Part shown: positions 10,957 through 23,664 of the stretch, in pieces
Numbering within the stretch: position 1 is the stretch's first letter
How the letters are laid out: each line of letters opens with the position of its first letter
Source: Pecten maximus
Lineage: Eukaryota
Assembly: GCF_902652985.1 (NCBI RefSeq)
Contig: NC_047025.1
Location: 29,326,001 to 29,390,000 of the forward strand
Reading direction: 5' to 3'
Length of the DNA stretch: 64,000 bases
The notes under the pieces: model-generated
Database searches by the model: none
Told to the model about the DNA's origin: nothing
Seen by the model: the letters and a program-made list of their open reading frames with translations, nothing else
Position numbers and translations under genes: made by a program

Positions 10957-13900
10957 TACACAGCCCAGTCAGTGCATATAGCAGTGTGTATTATACCACC
11001 CACAATATGTACATATAGCAGTGTGTATACAACCCACAATATGTACATATAGCAGTGTGTATACAACCCACAATATGTACATATAGCAGTGTGTATACAA
11101 CCCACAATATATACATATAGCAGTGTGTATACAACCCCCAATATGTACATATAGCAGTGTGTATACAACCCACAATATGTACATATAGCAGTGTGTATAC
11201 AACCCCCAGTCAGTACATACAGCAGTGTGTATACAGCCCACAGTATGTACATATAGCAGTGTGTATACAACCCACAATATGTACATATAGCAGTGGGTAT
11301 ACAACCCCCAGTCAGTACATATAGCAGTGTGTATACAGCCCCTAGTCAGTACATATAGCAGTGTGTATATAGCCCACAGTATGTACATATAGCAGTGTGT
11401 ATATAGCCCACAGTATGTACATATAGCAGTGTGTATACATGTACAACCCCCAGTCAGTACATATAGCAGTGTGTATACATGTACAACCCCCAGTATGTAC
11501 ATATAGCAGTGTGTATACAGCCCCCAGTATGTACATATAGCAGTGTGTATACAGCCCCCAGTATGTACATATAGCAGTGTGTATACAACCCCCAGTATGT
11601 ACATATAGCAGTGTGTATACAGCCCCCAGTATGTACATATAGCAGTGTGTATACAGCCCCCAGTCAGTACATATAGCAGTGTGTATACAGCCCCCAGTCA
11701 GTACATATAGCAGTGTGTATACAACCCACAATATGTACATATAGCAGTGTGTATACAGCCCCCAGTATGTACATATAGCAGTGTGTATACAGCCCCCAGT
11801 ATGTACATATAGCAGTGTGTATACAACCCACAATATATACATATAGCAGTGTGTATACAACCCACAATATGTACATATAGCAGTGTGTATACAGCCCACA
11901 GTATGTACATATAGCAGTGTGTATACAACCCACAATATGTACATATAGCAGTGGGTATACAACCCCCAGTCAGTACATATAGCAGTGTGTATACATTCCC
12001 CAGTATGTACATATAGCAGTGGGTATACAACCCCCAGTCAGTACATATAGCAGTGTGTATACAGCCCCCAGTATGTACATATAGCAGTGTGTATACATTC
12101 CCCAGTATGTACATATAGCAGTGTGTATACAACCCACAATATATACATATAGCAGTGTGTATACAACCCACAATATGTACATATAGCAGTGTGTATACAG
12201 CCCCCAGTATGTACATATAGCAGTGTGTATATAGCCCACAATATGTACATATAGCAGTGGGTATACAACCCCCAGTCAGTACATATAGCAGTGTGTATAC
12301 AACCCCCAGTCAGTACATATAGCAGTGTGTATACAGCCCCCAGTCAGTACATATAGCAGTGTGTATAAGTCCCCCAGTCAGTACATATAGCAGTGTGTAT
12401 ACAGCCCACAGTCAGTACATATAGCAGTGTGTATACAGCCCACAGTCAGTACATATAGCAGTGGGTATACAACCCACAGTATGTACATATAGCAGTGTGT
12501 ATACAACCCACAATATGTACATATAGCAGTGTGTATACAACCCACAGTATGTACATATAGCAGTGTGTATACAACCCACAGTATGTACATATAGCAGTGG
12601 GTATACAGCCCCTAGTCAGTACATATAGCAGTGTGTATACAGCCCCCAGTATGTACATATAGCAGTGTGTATACAGCCCACAGTATGTACATATAGCAGT
12701 GTGTATACAACCCACAATATGTACATATAGCAGTGGGTATACAACCCCCAGTCAGTACATATAGCAGTGTGTATACAACCCCCAGTCAGTACATATAGCA
12801 GTGTGTATACAACCCCCAGTCAGTACATATAGCAGTGTGTATACAACCCCCAGTCAGTACATATAGCAGTGTGTATACAACCCCCAGTCAGTACATATAG
12901 CAGTGTGTATACAGCCCCCAGTCAGTACATATAGCAGTGTGTATACAGCCCCCAGTCAGTACATATAGCAGTGTGTATACAACCCACAATATGTACATAT
13001 AGTAGTGTGTATACAACCCACAATATGTACATATAGCAGTGGGTATACAACCCCCAGTCAGTACATATAGCAGTGTGTATAAGTCCCCCAGTCAGTACAT
13101 ATAGCAGTGTGTATACAGCCCCCAGTATGTACATATAGCAGTGTGTATATAGCCCACAGTATGTACATATAGCAGTGTGTATACAGCCCCTAGTCAGTAC
13201 ATATAGCAGTGTGTATACAACCCCCAGTCAGTACATATAGCAGTGTGTATACAACCCCCAGTCAGTACATATAGCAGTGTGTATACAGCCCCCAGTCAGT
13301 ACATATAGCAGTGTGTATACAACCCCCAGTCAGTACATATAGCAGTGGGTATACAACCCCCAGTCAGTACATATAGCAGTGTGTATACAGCCCCCAGTCA
13401 GTACATATAGCAGTGGGTATACAACCCCCAGTCAGTACATATAGCAGTGTGTATACAGCCCCCAGTCAGTACATATAGCAGTGTGTATACAACCCACAAT
13501 ATGTACATATAGCAGTGTGTATACAACCCACAATATGTACATATAGCAGTGTGTATAAGTCCCCAGTCAGTACATATAGCAGTGTGTATACAGCCCCCAG
13601 TATGTACATATAGCAGTGTGTATACAGCCCACAGTATGTACATATAGCAGTGTGTATACAACCCACAATATGTACATATAGCAGTGGGTATACAACCCCC
13701 AGTCAGTACATATAGCAGTGTGTATACAGCCCCCAGTCAGTACATATAGCAGTGTGTATACAGCCCACAGTATGTACATATAGCAGTGTGTATACAGCCC
13801 CCAGTATGTACATATAGCAGTGTGTATACAGTCCCCAGTCAGTACATATAGCAGTGTGTATACAGCCCCCAGTATGTACATATAGCAGTGTGTATACAGC

Positions 13901-14660
13901 CCCCAGTCAGTACATATAGCAGTGTGTATACAACCCACAATATGTACATATAGCAGTGTGTATACAACCCACAATATGTACATATAGCAGTGTGTATAAG
14001 TCCCCAGTCAGTACATATAGCAGTGTGTATACAGCCCCCAGTATGTACATATAGCAGTGTGTATACAGCCCACAGTATGTACATATAGCAGTGTGTATAC
14101 AACCCACAATATGTACATATAGCAGTGGGTATACAACCCCCAGTCAGTACATATAGCAGTGTGTATACAGCCCCCAGTCAGTACATATAGCAGTGTGTAT
14201 ACAGCCCACAGTATGTACATATAGCAGTGTGTATACAGCCCCCAGTATGTACATATAGCAGTGTGTATACAGTCCCCAGTCAGTACATATAGCAGTGTGT
14301 ATACAGCCCCCAGTATGTACATATAGCAGTGTGTATACAGCCCACAGTATGTACATATAGCAGTGTGTATACAACCCACAATATGTACATATAGCAGTGG
14401 GTATACAACCCCCAGTCAGTACATATAGCAGTGTGTATACAGCCCCCAGTCAGTACATATAGCAGTGTGTATACAGCCCCCAGTATGTACATATAGCAGT
14501 GTGTATATAGCCCACAGTATGTACATATAGCAGTGTGTATACATTCCCCAGTATGTACGTATAGCAGTGTGTATACAGCCCACAGTGTGTATACAGCCCC
14601 CAGTGTGTATACAGCCCCCAGTATGTACGTATAGCAGTATGTATACAGCCCCCAGTATGT
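10957..14660. repeat. 34-bp minisatellite (GTACATATAGCAGTGTGTATACARCCCMCARTMW), about 108 copies
   Basis: Continuous 34-bp period over about 3.7 kb. All ORFs from 10794 to 14664 are translations of it. Confidence 0.97.
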
Positions 14661-16034
14661 GCACAGCCCTATGTGAACATATATAGAATGGTGGGTATAC
14701 AGCCCACAGTATGTGTACAGTCTAGTGTATGCCCACCCCTATCGTTCATGAAATCGCAATGTGTTAAGGTGTGAGGCTGTCAGATTGTGTGTAATATATG
14801 GTTGTCTTCCATTGAAAGTTTAGCCTCCTGAGTAATTTCCTTTGGAGAAAATGATGTGATCAAGACCTGTTTTATAATTAGGTGTATAATCTACAGGCGT
14901 TGAGTTTATGTATAAATCATTAATGGTATTTGATACAAAAATGTTGGTTATTCATTTTTGTGTGGAACATTCCTTCCTTACCTGGAACTGTTATTAAAGG
15001 TTGGAAATTAAATGTAATGCTTTATTGATTTTATTACCTGTGATCACAGGGACTTGTCACAACTATCCAACCCACTATACATATATGAATGCATGTAGCA
15101 TTAGCTACTATAATACATATATGGACCGTCGGTTGAAAAGTCTGTGTGTGATTGCCTTTCAGCGATTTGCAAATTTTGTAGGATACATTTCAAATAATTT
15201 GTATTTGTTACTTTTCAAAAACTCTGAAAATCAATTTCGGTACAATTTTGGGGTAGAGGGATGGATGTCTAACTGGCTAATCAAAACTAGATATATTAAC
15301 CTTCGACTCCCAAATACCATTTTTCCCTCACACAAGAAACTTGATGAAATTCCAACTCGGGTGACTTTTGTTTTAATTTTTGCGAACATAGAATTTTTCA
15401 CACAATTTACATAAGATACAATGTAAGGGTGGATCGTAGGAGGTTTCACATGCGTTACTTTCGGATCTTATTACCAGTATATCTTGGGGAAACCTGCTCT
15501 GTGATCTCATTTCTAAATCACAGGTATTGATCCATGCCTTCGATACATGTAAATACTCTGGCAATATATTATTTGTCTTTGCGTGATTTTGTCTTCTGTT
15601 TTGGAAGAATAATTTGGTTGATTATAAGTTGTGTACGTGTATTTATTTTAATGAATTAAGAATGTTAATGTGTGTGACCAATATAAACCATTATATTGTT
15701 ATAATGTTGAATGACTGTGAAATAAAAACAGAATTTACCAAAGGAATTTTGACATTTGTTTTTATATTATATAGCTATAGGCCGGTCCAAATTTAAAAGC
15801 AGTATTATGGTATAGGTACAGTATGGTACCGGTGTAGTCTGTCAATCCAACATGAAATTTTATTTTTATTTCTCATACATTTCAACTGATCTCTCGGAAC
15901 TTGTAATTGGTAGGCTTTATTATCACAATATAAATAGTGTTTCTCTGAGCAGCATTTTGATAACACTATTTTTGCAAAAGTTATTTCACTTTGTTTCAGT
16001 AGTTGACTCTTTTCAGAAGACCTCTTTCCTGCAG

Positions 16035-17049
16035 TTTGAGGTCATCTGACCCAAAGGGCCAGGATGGCCGATAGCCATCTTGTTTCCTCTATCGTCACAC
16101 ACCGTCCACCGTGTGCAAGACTTTTTATTTCAAAATGATATATACTCCTCCATAACCCCAAAGCAGATAACTACCAAATTTGGTGTGAAACATCATTGGG
16201 GGGAGGCTGGTCTGACCCCTGGGGCCCCAAGTGGCTGCATGAGCCCCAAAAGGGAAACTTTGGTGAATTTTTGCTTTTAAATTTAAAACCCTACTCATTG
16301 TGGGAGGATGATCATATTTAATATAAATAAGGCTGATGGGGCCCCAAAAGGGAATTTGTTGTAATTTTACTTTAAAACCCTCCTAAACCTCTGAGTGGAA
16401 GGGGAACTTAGCCAAAATTTGCTTTAAAACGCTACTCCTCCTTAATGGATTACAACCAAATTTGGTTTGAAACATCGTCAGGGGACGGCAATAATAATTT
16501 ATATAAATGAGTCGGGTAACCCCTGGGGAAAGGAGGGCGGGCCTCCAAAAGGAGAACTTAAGTAAAGTATTACTTTAAAACGATCCTCTTCTTTAATGCC
16601 TTATATTACAACCATATTCAGTATGAAACATCATTGAGGACGGCAATCCTTATTTATATAAATGAGGCTTGTCTGATCCATGGGATGGGAACTTAGCTGA
16701 AATTTTGCTATAAAAGGCTCATCCTCCTTAATGCCTTCATGGACTACACCCAAATTTAGTCTGAAACATCATTGGGGGAAGGCAATCATAATATAAATGA
16801 GGCTGGTCCGACCCCTGGGGATAGAGGGGCGAGGCCCTAAATCAGTAACTTGGCTGAAATTTTGCTTAAAGATGCTACTCCTTTTTTAAGCCGAAATGGA
16901 TAAAAACCAAATTTGATCTGAAACTTAACTGGCTCCCAACAGACAATTTATGGTAATGATGCTGGTTTAATAAAGCCCTTCGGATTGAGGGGTTTGTCCC
17001 TGCTGTAAGTGTTTGTCAGATGACAGTTAAGTCCCATGGGCCTCTTGTT
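16035..17049 (+). mobile_element. Non-autonomous Helentron-type element (HINE/pearl-like) with internal tandem repeats
   Basis: 5' GGTCATCTGACCCAAAGGGCCAGGATGGCC hairpin, internal degenerate units containing ACCAAATTTGGTSTGAAACATC, 3' TCAGATGAC subTIR + GTCCCATGGGCCTCTTGTT palindromic end. Confidence 0.7.
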
Positions 17050-17789
17050 ACTTGAACAGATCTCTTTGAAACTTGCATTTTCTAGGCTAATTCAGACATC
17101 TTTATAAACAGGAAATTAAATGAAGTTGTCTTCTTGAGCGTCATTGTGATGATTCAATTATATTATTGTTATTAAAGCTATTGTGCATGCCCTTTGTTTT
17201 TCCTACCAATTTCTTTCAAACTTTGTAGACCATTAGTGGCATTTTGATTAGACAACGTCTCAATCCCATATTTATTAATTTTGATACAATAAATTTCAGC
17301 GGTGTAAAATATTTTTTCAAGCCATGGCCACTTACCCCGGGCCTGAGGGTGGAGCAAAAAACTGGTCAAATTGACTGAAATTTCAAAACCTCAAGAACCA
17401 CATATCTGGAATCAAATGTTCTTTATAGATGGAAGATTCTCAAGATGCTTTGATTCACTCAAATTGTAAATTTCTTGATCCTTGGATCTCGCATCCACTC
17501 CTGAGGAGGGAGCAAACTTTACTAAATTTTATAAAGGGAAATCATATTTTTGGGCATAATTTGGTTGATTATGAATTGCCATGGAAAATATTAAATCCAT
17601 CTGATCCAGTCATACATCTGGTCACCCATATGGCCATATATATAGCTATATATGATACATCCGACCACCAGTATATTACATCTGGAATGGTCACCATGCA
17701 AAGCTTCAGTGATATGTTTGTTTTTATACATCTGACCACTAGCTATACATCTGCCATATCAGTAATACATTTAATTGGTCAGCAGTGAT

Positions 17790-20700
17790 ATATTTGGTCA
17801 CAAGTAATATGTCTGGTCACCAGTAATATGACTGGTCAGTACACATGGTTACCAATGATATGTCTGACCACCAGTAATACGTCTGGTCACCAGCGATACG
17901 CCTGGTCACCAGTGATATGTCTGGTCACCAGTGATACACATCTGACCACCAGTGATACACATATGACCACCAGCGATATGCCTGGTCACCAGTGATATGT
18001 CTGGTCACCAGTGATACACATCTGACCACCAGTGATACACATATGACCACCAGCGATATGTCTGGTCACCAGTGATACGTCTGGTCACCAGTGATACACA
18101 TCTGACCACCAGCGATACGTCTGGTCACCAGTGATACGTCTGGTCACCAGTGATACGACTGGTCACAGTGATAGGACTGGTCACCAGTAATACGTCTAGA
18201 TCTGGTCACCAGCGATATGTCTGGTCACAGTGATACATCTGGTCACCAGTGATACGTCTGGTCACCAGCGATACGACTGGTCACCAGTGATACGACTGGT
18301 CACCAGTGATACGCCTGGTCACCAGCGATACGTCTGGTCACCAGTGATACGACTGGTCACCAGTGATACGACTGGTCACCAGCGATACGACTGGTCACCA
18401 GTGATACGTCTTGTCACCAGTGATACGTCTGGTCACCAGTGTCACCAGTGATACGACTGGTCACCAGCGATACGACTGGTCACCAGCGATACATCTGGTC
18501 ACCAGTGATACGACTGGTCACCAGTGATATGACTGGTCACCAGCGATACGTCTGGTCACCAGTGATATGTCTGGTCACCAGTGATACACATCTGACCACC
18601 AGTGATACACATATGACCACCAGCGATATGTCTGGTCACCAGTGATACGTCTGGTCACCAGTGATACACATCTGACCACCAGCGATACGTCTGGTCACCA
18701 GTGATACGTCTGGTCACCAGTGATACGACTGGTCACCAGTAATACGTCTGGTCACCAGCGATACGCCTGGTCACCAGTGATATGTCTGGTCACCAGTGAT
18801 ACACATCTGACCACCAGTGATACACATATGACCACCAGCGATATGTCTGGTCACCAGTGATACGTCTGGTCACCAGTGATACACATCTGACCACCAGCGA
18901 TACGTCTGGTCACCAGTGATACGTCTGGTCACCAGTGATACGACTGGTCACAGTGATAGGACTGGTCACCAGTAATACGTCTAGATCTGGTCACCAGCGA
19001 TATGTCTGGTCACAGTGATACATCTGGTCACCAGTGATACGACTGGTCACCAGTGATACGTCTGGTCACCAGTGATACGACTGGTCACCAGCGATACGAC
19101 TGGTCACCAGTGATACGTCTTGTCACCAGTGATACGTCTGGTCACCAGTGTCACCAGTGATACGACTGGTCACCAGCGATACGACTGGTCACCAACGATA
19201 CATCTGGTCACCAGTGATACGACTGGTCACCAGTGATATGACTGGTCACCAGCGATACGTCTGGTCACCAGTGATATGTCTGGTCACCAGTGATACACAT
19301 CTGACCACCAGTGATACACATATGACCACCAGCGATATGTCTGGTCACCAGTGATACGTCTGGTCACCAGTGATACACATCTGACCACCAGCGATACGTC
19401 TGGTCACCAGTGATACGTCTGGTCACCAGTGATACGACTGGTCACCAGTAATACGTCTGGTCACCAGCGATACGCCTGGTCACCAGTGATATGTCTGGTC
19501 ACCAGTGATACACATCTGACCACCAGTGATACACATATGACCACCAGCGATACGTCTGGTCACCAGTGATATGACTGGTCACCAGTGATACACATCTGAC
19601 CACCAGCGATACGTCTGGTCACCAGTGATACGTCTGGTCACCAGTGATACGACTGGTCACAGTGATAGGACTGGTCACCAGTAATACGTCTAGATCTGGT
19701 CACCAGCGATATGTCTGGTCACAGTGATACATCTGGTCACCAGTGATACGACTGGTCACCAGTGATACGTCTGGTCACCAGTGATACGACTGGTCACCAG
19801 CGATACGACTGGTCACCAGTGATACGTCTTGTCACCAGTGATACGTCTGGTCACCAGTGTCACCAGTGATACGACTGGTCACCAGCGATACGACTGGTCA
19901 CCAGCGATACATCTGGTCACCAGTGATACGACTGGTCACCAGTGATATGACTGGTCACCAGCGATACGTCTGGTCACCAGCGATACGTCTGGTCACCAGT
20001 GATATGTCTGGTCACCAGTGATACACATCTGACCACCAGTGATACACATATGACCACCAGCGATATGTCTGGTCACCAGTGATACGTCTGGTCGCCAGTG
20101 ATACACATCTGACCACCAGCGATACGTCTGGTCACCAGTGATACGTCTGGTCACCAGTGATACGACTGGTCACCAGCGATACATCTGGTCACCAGCAATA
20201 CGTCTGGTCACCAGTGATATGTCTGGTCACCAGTGATATGACTGGCCTGGTCACCAGCTGTGATACGTCTGGTCACCAGTGATACACATCTGACCACCAG
20301 CAATACGTCTGGTCACCAGTGATACACATCTGATCATGACCACCAGCGATATGTCTGGTCACAGTGATACGTCTGGTCACCAGCTGTGATACTTCTGGTC
20401 ACCAGTGACTGATACGTCCGGTAACACATGTACATCACTAGTGATACGTCTGACCACCAGCGATATGTCTGGTCACCAGTGATACGTCTGGTCACCAGTG
20501 ATACGTCTGGCCACCAGTGATACGTCTGGTCACCAGTGACTGATACGTATACGTCCGGTAACACATGTACTGTAACATCACCAGTGATACGTCTGGTCAC
20601 CAGTGATACGTCTGGTCACCAGTGATACCTCTGGTCACCAGTGATACGTCTGGTCACCAGCGATACATCTGGTTACCAGCGATACGACTGGTCACCAGCG

Positions 20701-21012
20701 ATACGACTGGTTACCAGTGATACCTCTGGTCACCAGTGATACGTCTGGTCACCAGTGATACGTCCGGTAACACATGTACATCACCAGTGATATATATCTC
20801 ACCACTACATCACACTGATCATCAACATCTGGTCACCAGTGATAGGTGTCACAGATACATCTGACCACCAATGTCTGGTCACCAGTGATAGGTGTCACAG
20901 ATACATCTGACCACCAATGTCTGGTCACCAGTGATAGGTGTCACAGATACATCTGACCACCAATGCAATGTCTGGTCACCAGTGATAGGTGTCACAGATA
21001 CATCTGACCACC
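17790..21012. repeat. 19-bp minisatellite (CTGGTCACCAGTGATACGT) with about 709-bp higher-order repeat, ending in four about 46-bp derived units
   Basis: Visible period. Variant marker TTGTCACC at 18411, 19120 and 19829. Confidence 0.96.
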
Positions 21013-22058
21013 AATGATAAATCTAATAACAAGCTGCAGTGAATGGAAGCATCTACTGAGCTGATCACAAGTACGAGTGATCTTCATGTGACCACCAGCT
21101 TGACTTCTGACAATTAATGCTACCTCTGATTCAGTGATACATCTCAATGATCATCAGATACATCTAGATGTAGTCACCAGTGATACATGTCCCAGCTAGA
21201 TACATGCTTCTGGTCACCAGTGATACGTCTTCTGTGACAACTTCACATGCCCATATATATACGTGTTAGTTTTACATCAACATCACTTTGAACATCAGTG
21301 GTATATAAATAACATATACCTTTACAATGAACAAATATGAACCTCAAATAAAAATTCATGATGATTTAATTACCGGTAATTGTACATTTTTGTCTTCCAT
21401 GGCCAATATATATAATTTGGACATGTTCATATTTCATGATCTTTAACTAAAAAGATCTGAACTAGATCTAGATCACTGACTCATTCAAATTTGTTTAAAA
21501 ATAAGTAAACATAAGCTTGTTTTACTGATTAATGTACACATAATTAATTGAAATGATGAGAGACAAGAAAAATAAAATTTGACATTTCTTGTATTTCAAT
21601 GTAAAAATCCATGAAATGAAATGAATATATAAATCTCATCAAGTGTTTTGTTACACAATTTGCATATAATGGCAGTACGAGGATGTAAGAACTATATAAA
21701 AGCTATTGATGATAAAGCCTAAAATATAACAGGAAAAGTGAAATAAAGAAAAAATGTAAATAGAAAACCAGCCATCATAAAATTTGAGAAGCACTCAAGA
21801 TTGTGGAGCAGAACCTGAAAGTTAAAACATAGATGTACAGCATATTTCAATATTAAGAAATAAGGACTGCGAGATTGCAATAATTTTTACATTATCTTAC
21901 TTGAAAGAAGATATTGACATATACAACCTAAACATGAACTTTGTTCATTTCATAAATCAAAGGAATTCAAACGTTGAAAACTGTATTTGCCAAAATAATG
22001 CCATATTTGAAAATTGTCGCATCATGAGAGCACTCGATAAAGTTGATGATTGCTGCAG

Positions 22059-23342
22059 TTAGTACTGATTCTCCTCAATCCAGCCCTTTATTCTGCTTGG
22101 TAATGGAAGATGCTGGATATGATCATAGCGAGTGTACTGTCTGATTACAAATCTACACAGATACTGTAATGATCGCACTTGGGTAAACCTGGACATTGGT
22201 TTTGTGAGTCTCACCGGGAATGACGGAGCCCTGGGGGATCTTGAACGGGAATAACAAAATATCCCAGTCTGAGAATCGTTCATGGAGTGCTCAATTAGAT
22301 CAACAATAGAGGGATAACCCTCAGTGTCTGGTTGAGCATAGAAACTGAACATACCATTGCAATGCTCAATGCGTGTATGCCAAGTCCGTCCGTAGGATCT
22401 GAAGCTGAGACTCAACAAGTACCGTTCATCCGAACTATCACGAACAAGGAAAGCACCATCTGGTTGGTTAGCAAGTTTATCTTCTGCTTCCACACGTGTT
22501 ATAGGCCCCCAATACCAACCAAACTTAGAAAGCCTAAACAATTCTTGCGTAAGACTCCAAACCTTTGGAGGTTCATCCATGTCTAGCAAGTCAGATTCAA
22601 TGGAATCATGAGATTGACAATTAGCAAGATCCGCCATGAGTCTCGGGTCCTGATATGACACTAACGCACTTACATTGAGACAGCTGTTTCTACTGATTGA
22701 ATTGACATCACAGTTATTTTTCGACATTAAATCCAACTGAAGAACATGAACACAATCTTTTTGGCTATTTCTACCACTTTTTATTCTCTCTGTTGTATGA
22801 AATTTCATAATATCTTTAGAACGACAGCTGGCTTTCTCCTTTTTTGAACACAATTCACCGGAATCTGTATTTGATTGGAGATCTGTCAGTTTCTGTAGAT
22901 TGTTGGGTAAGATATTAAGATCGAGGCTGTCGTAGCTGTGAGATGAAGAGTTGGATTTTGAGGGTATGTCACACAGAGCCGGTTTCCTCTTGCTCTTCAA
23001 CTTACCCCCTCTATTTCCTTCACCCTTCACCCCCGCAGACATGTAATGTCCACATTCCAAGTCCTCAAGTATGTTACGACCATTGTCGCCTTCATCGCCC
23101 TTTTTCTTCAGATTTGTTGTAAGCCTCCTCTTGAAGCTTTTAAGAATACCAAACTTCTCCTTTTTTCTGCCTTCCGTCGTTGTATTTTCTGTGTCTGCAT
23201 AGTTTTGTTGTGACAGAGTTTGTGAGTCACCATGTTTATCACCGCTGTTCTCACCATCCGTAGTCTCTTCCTTCACACCTTGATTTCGCTGTCGGCGTTG
23301 AAACGATTGCCTCATTCCCTTAAACGTAATCTTCTTCATCAT
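22059..23342 (-). CDS. SOCS6: Suppressor of cytokine signaling 6 (SH2 + SOCS box), intronless CDS, 427 aa
   Basis: N-terminal MKKITFK..RQSF. SH2 GWYWGPITRVEAEDKLANQPDGAFLVRDSSDERYLLSLSFRS..HTRIEH, SIVDLIEHS, FCYSRSR. SOCS box VRSLQYLCRFVIRQYTR..LPLP. These match recalled SOCS6 rather than SOCS7. Confidence 0.93.
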   Translation of the reverse strand: MMKKITFKGMRQSFQRRQRNQGVKEETTDGENSGDKHGDSQTLSQQNYADTENTTTEGRKKEKFGILKSFKRRLTTNLKKKGDEGDNGRNILEDLECGHYMSAGVKGEGNRGGKLKSKRKPALCDIPSKSNSSSHSYDSLDLNILPNNLQKLTDLQSNTDSGELCSKKEKASCRSKDIMKFHTTERIKSGRNSQKDCVHVLQLDLMSKNNCDVNSISRNSCLNVSALVSYQDPRLMADLANCQSHDSIESDLLDMDEPPKVWSLTQELFRLSKFGWYWGPITRVEAEDKLANQPDGAFLVRDSSDERYLLSLSFRSYGRTWHTRIEHCNGMFSFYAQPDTEGYPSIVDLIEHSMNDSQTGIFCYSRSRSPRAPSFPVRLTKPMSRFTQVRSLQYLCRFVIRQYTRYDHIQHLPLPSRIKGWIEENQY

Positions 23343-23664
23343 CTCTGTGGTATGAAGAGTAGTATCATCGTCAAAAAGACAAGCGCAAATATTCGTGAAA
23401 TGTCAAAATAAATTCCAGGTATTCCAACTTTGGGTGATACCCAAGTCATTCTTTCCGCATGCGCAATAACCTTTTCCGTATTGTGGGTTTCAGAGCTGCG
23501 CATATTTGTATATTTGATTGGATAAAATTTATCTACATTCTCTCGAAAAATAATATCTAAATGATGTTCCACTCCGCTTTCGATAAAATATTTGGTGCAA
23601 ACTGTTAAATAATAAATTATCGAAAAATGGTATTTTGTTTATATTTCGTTTCTGCAGAATTTTA
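23343..23664. promoter_or_regulatory. Putative bidirectional promoter / 5' UTRs shared by SOCS6 and GPATCH1
   Basis: Start codons at 23342 (-) and 23665 (+) are separated by only 322 bp. A YY1-like AATGGCGGCC overlaps the GPATCH1 ATG. Confidence 0.6.

Noticed and set aside
10794-14664. Many Cys/His/Tyr-rich ORFs (YTHCYMY..)
   Set aside because: They are translations of the 34-bp satellite in shifting frames with frequent stops.
18230-20600. ORFs with WSPVIRLVTSDT repeats
   Set aside because: Translations of the 19-bp minisatellite.
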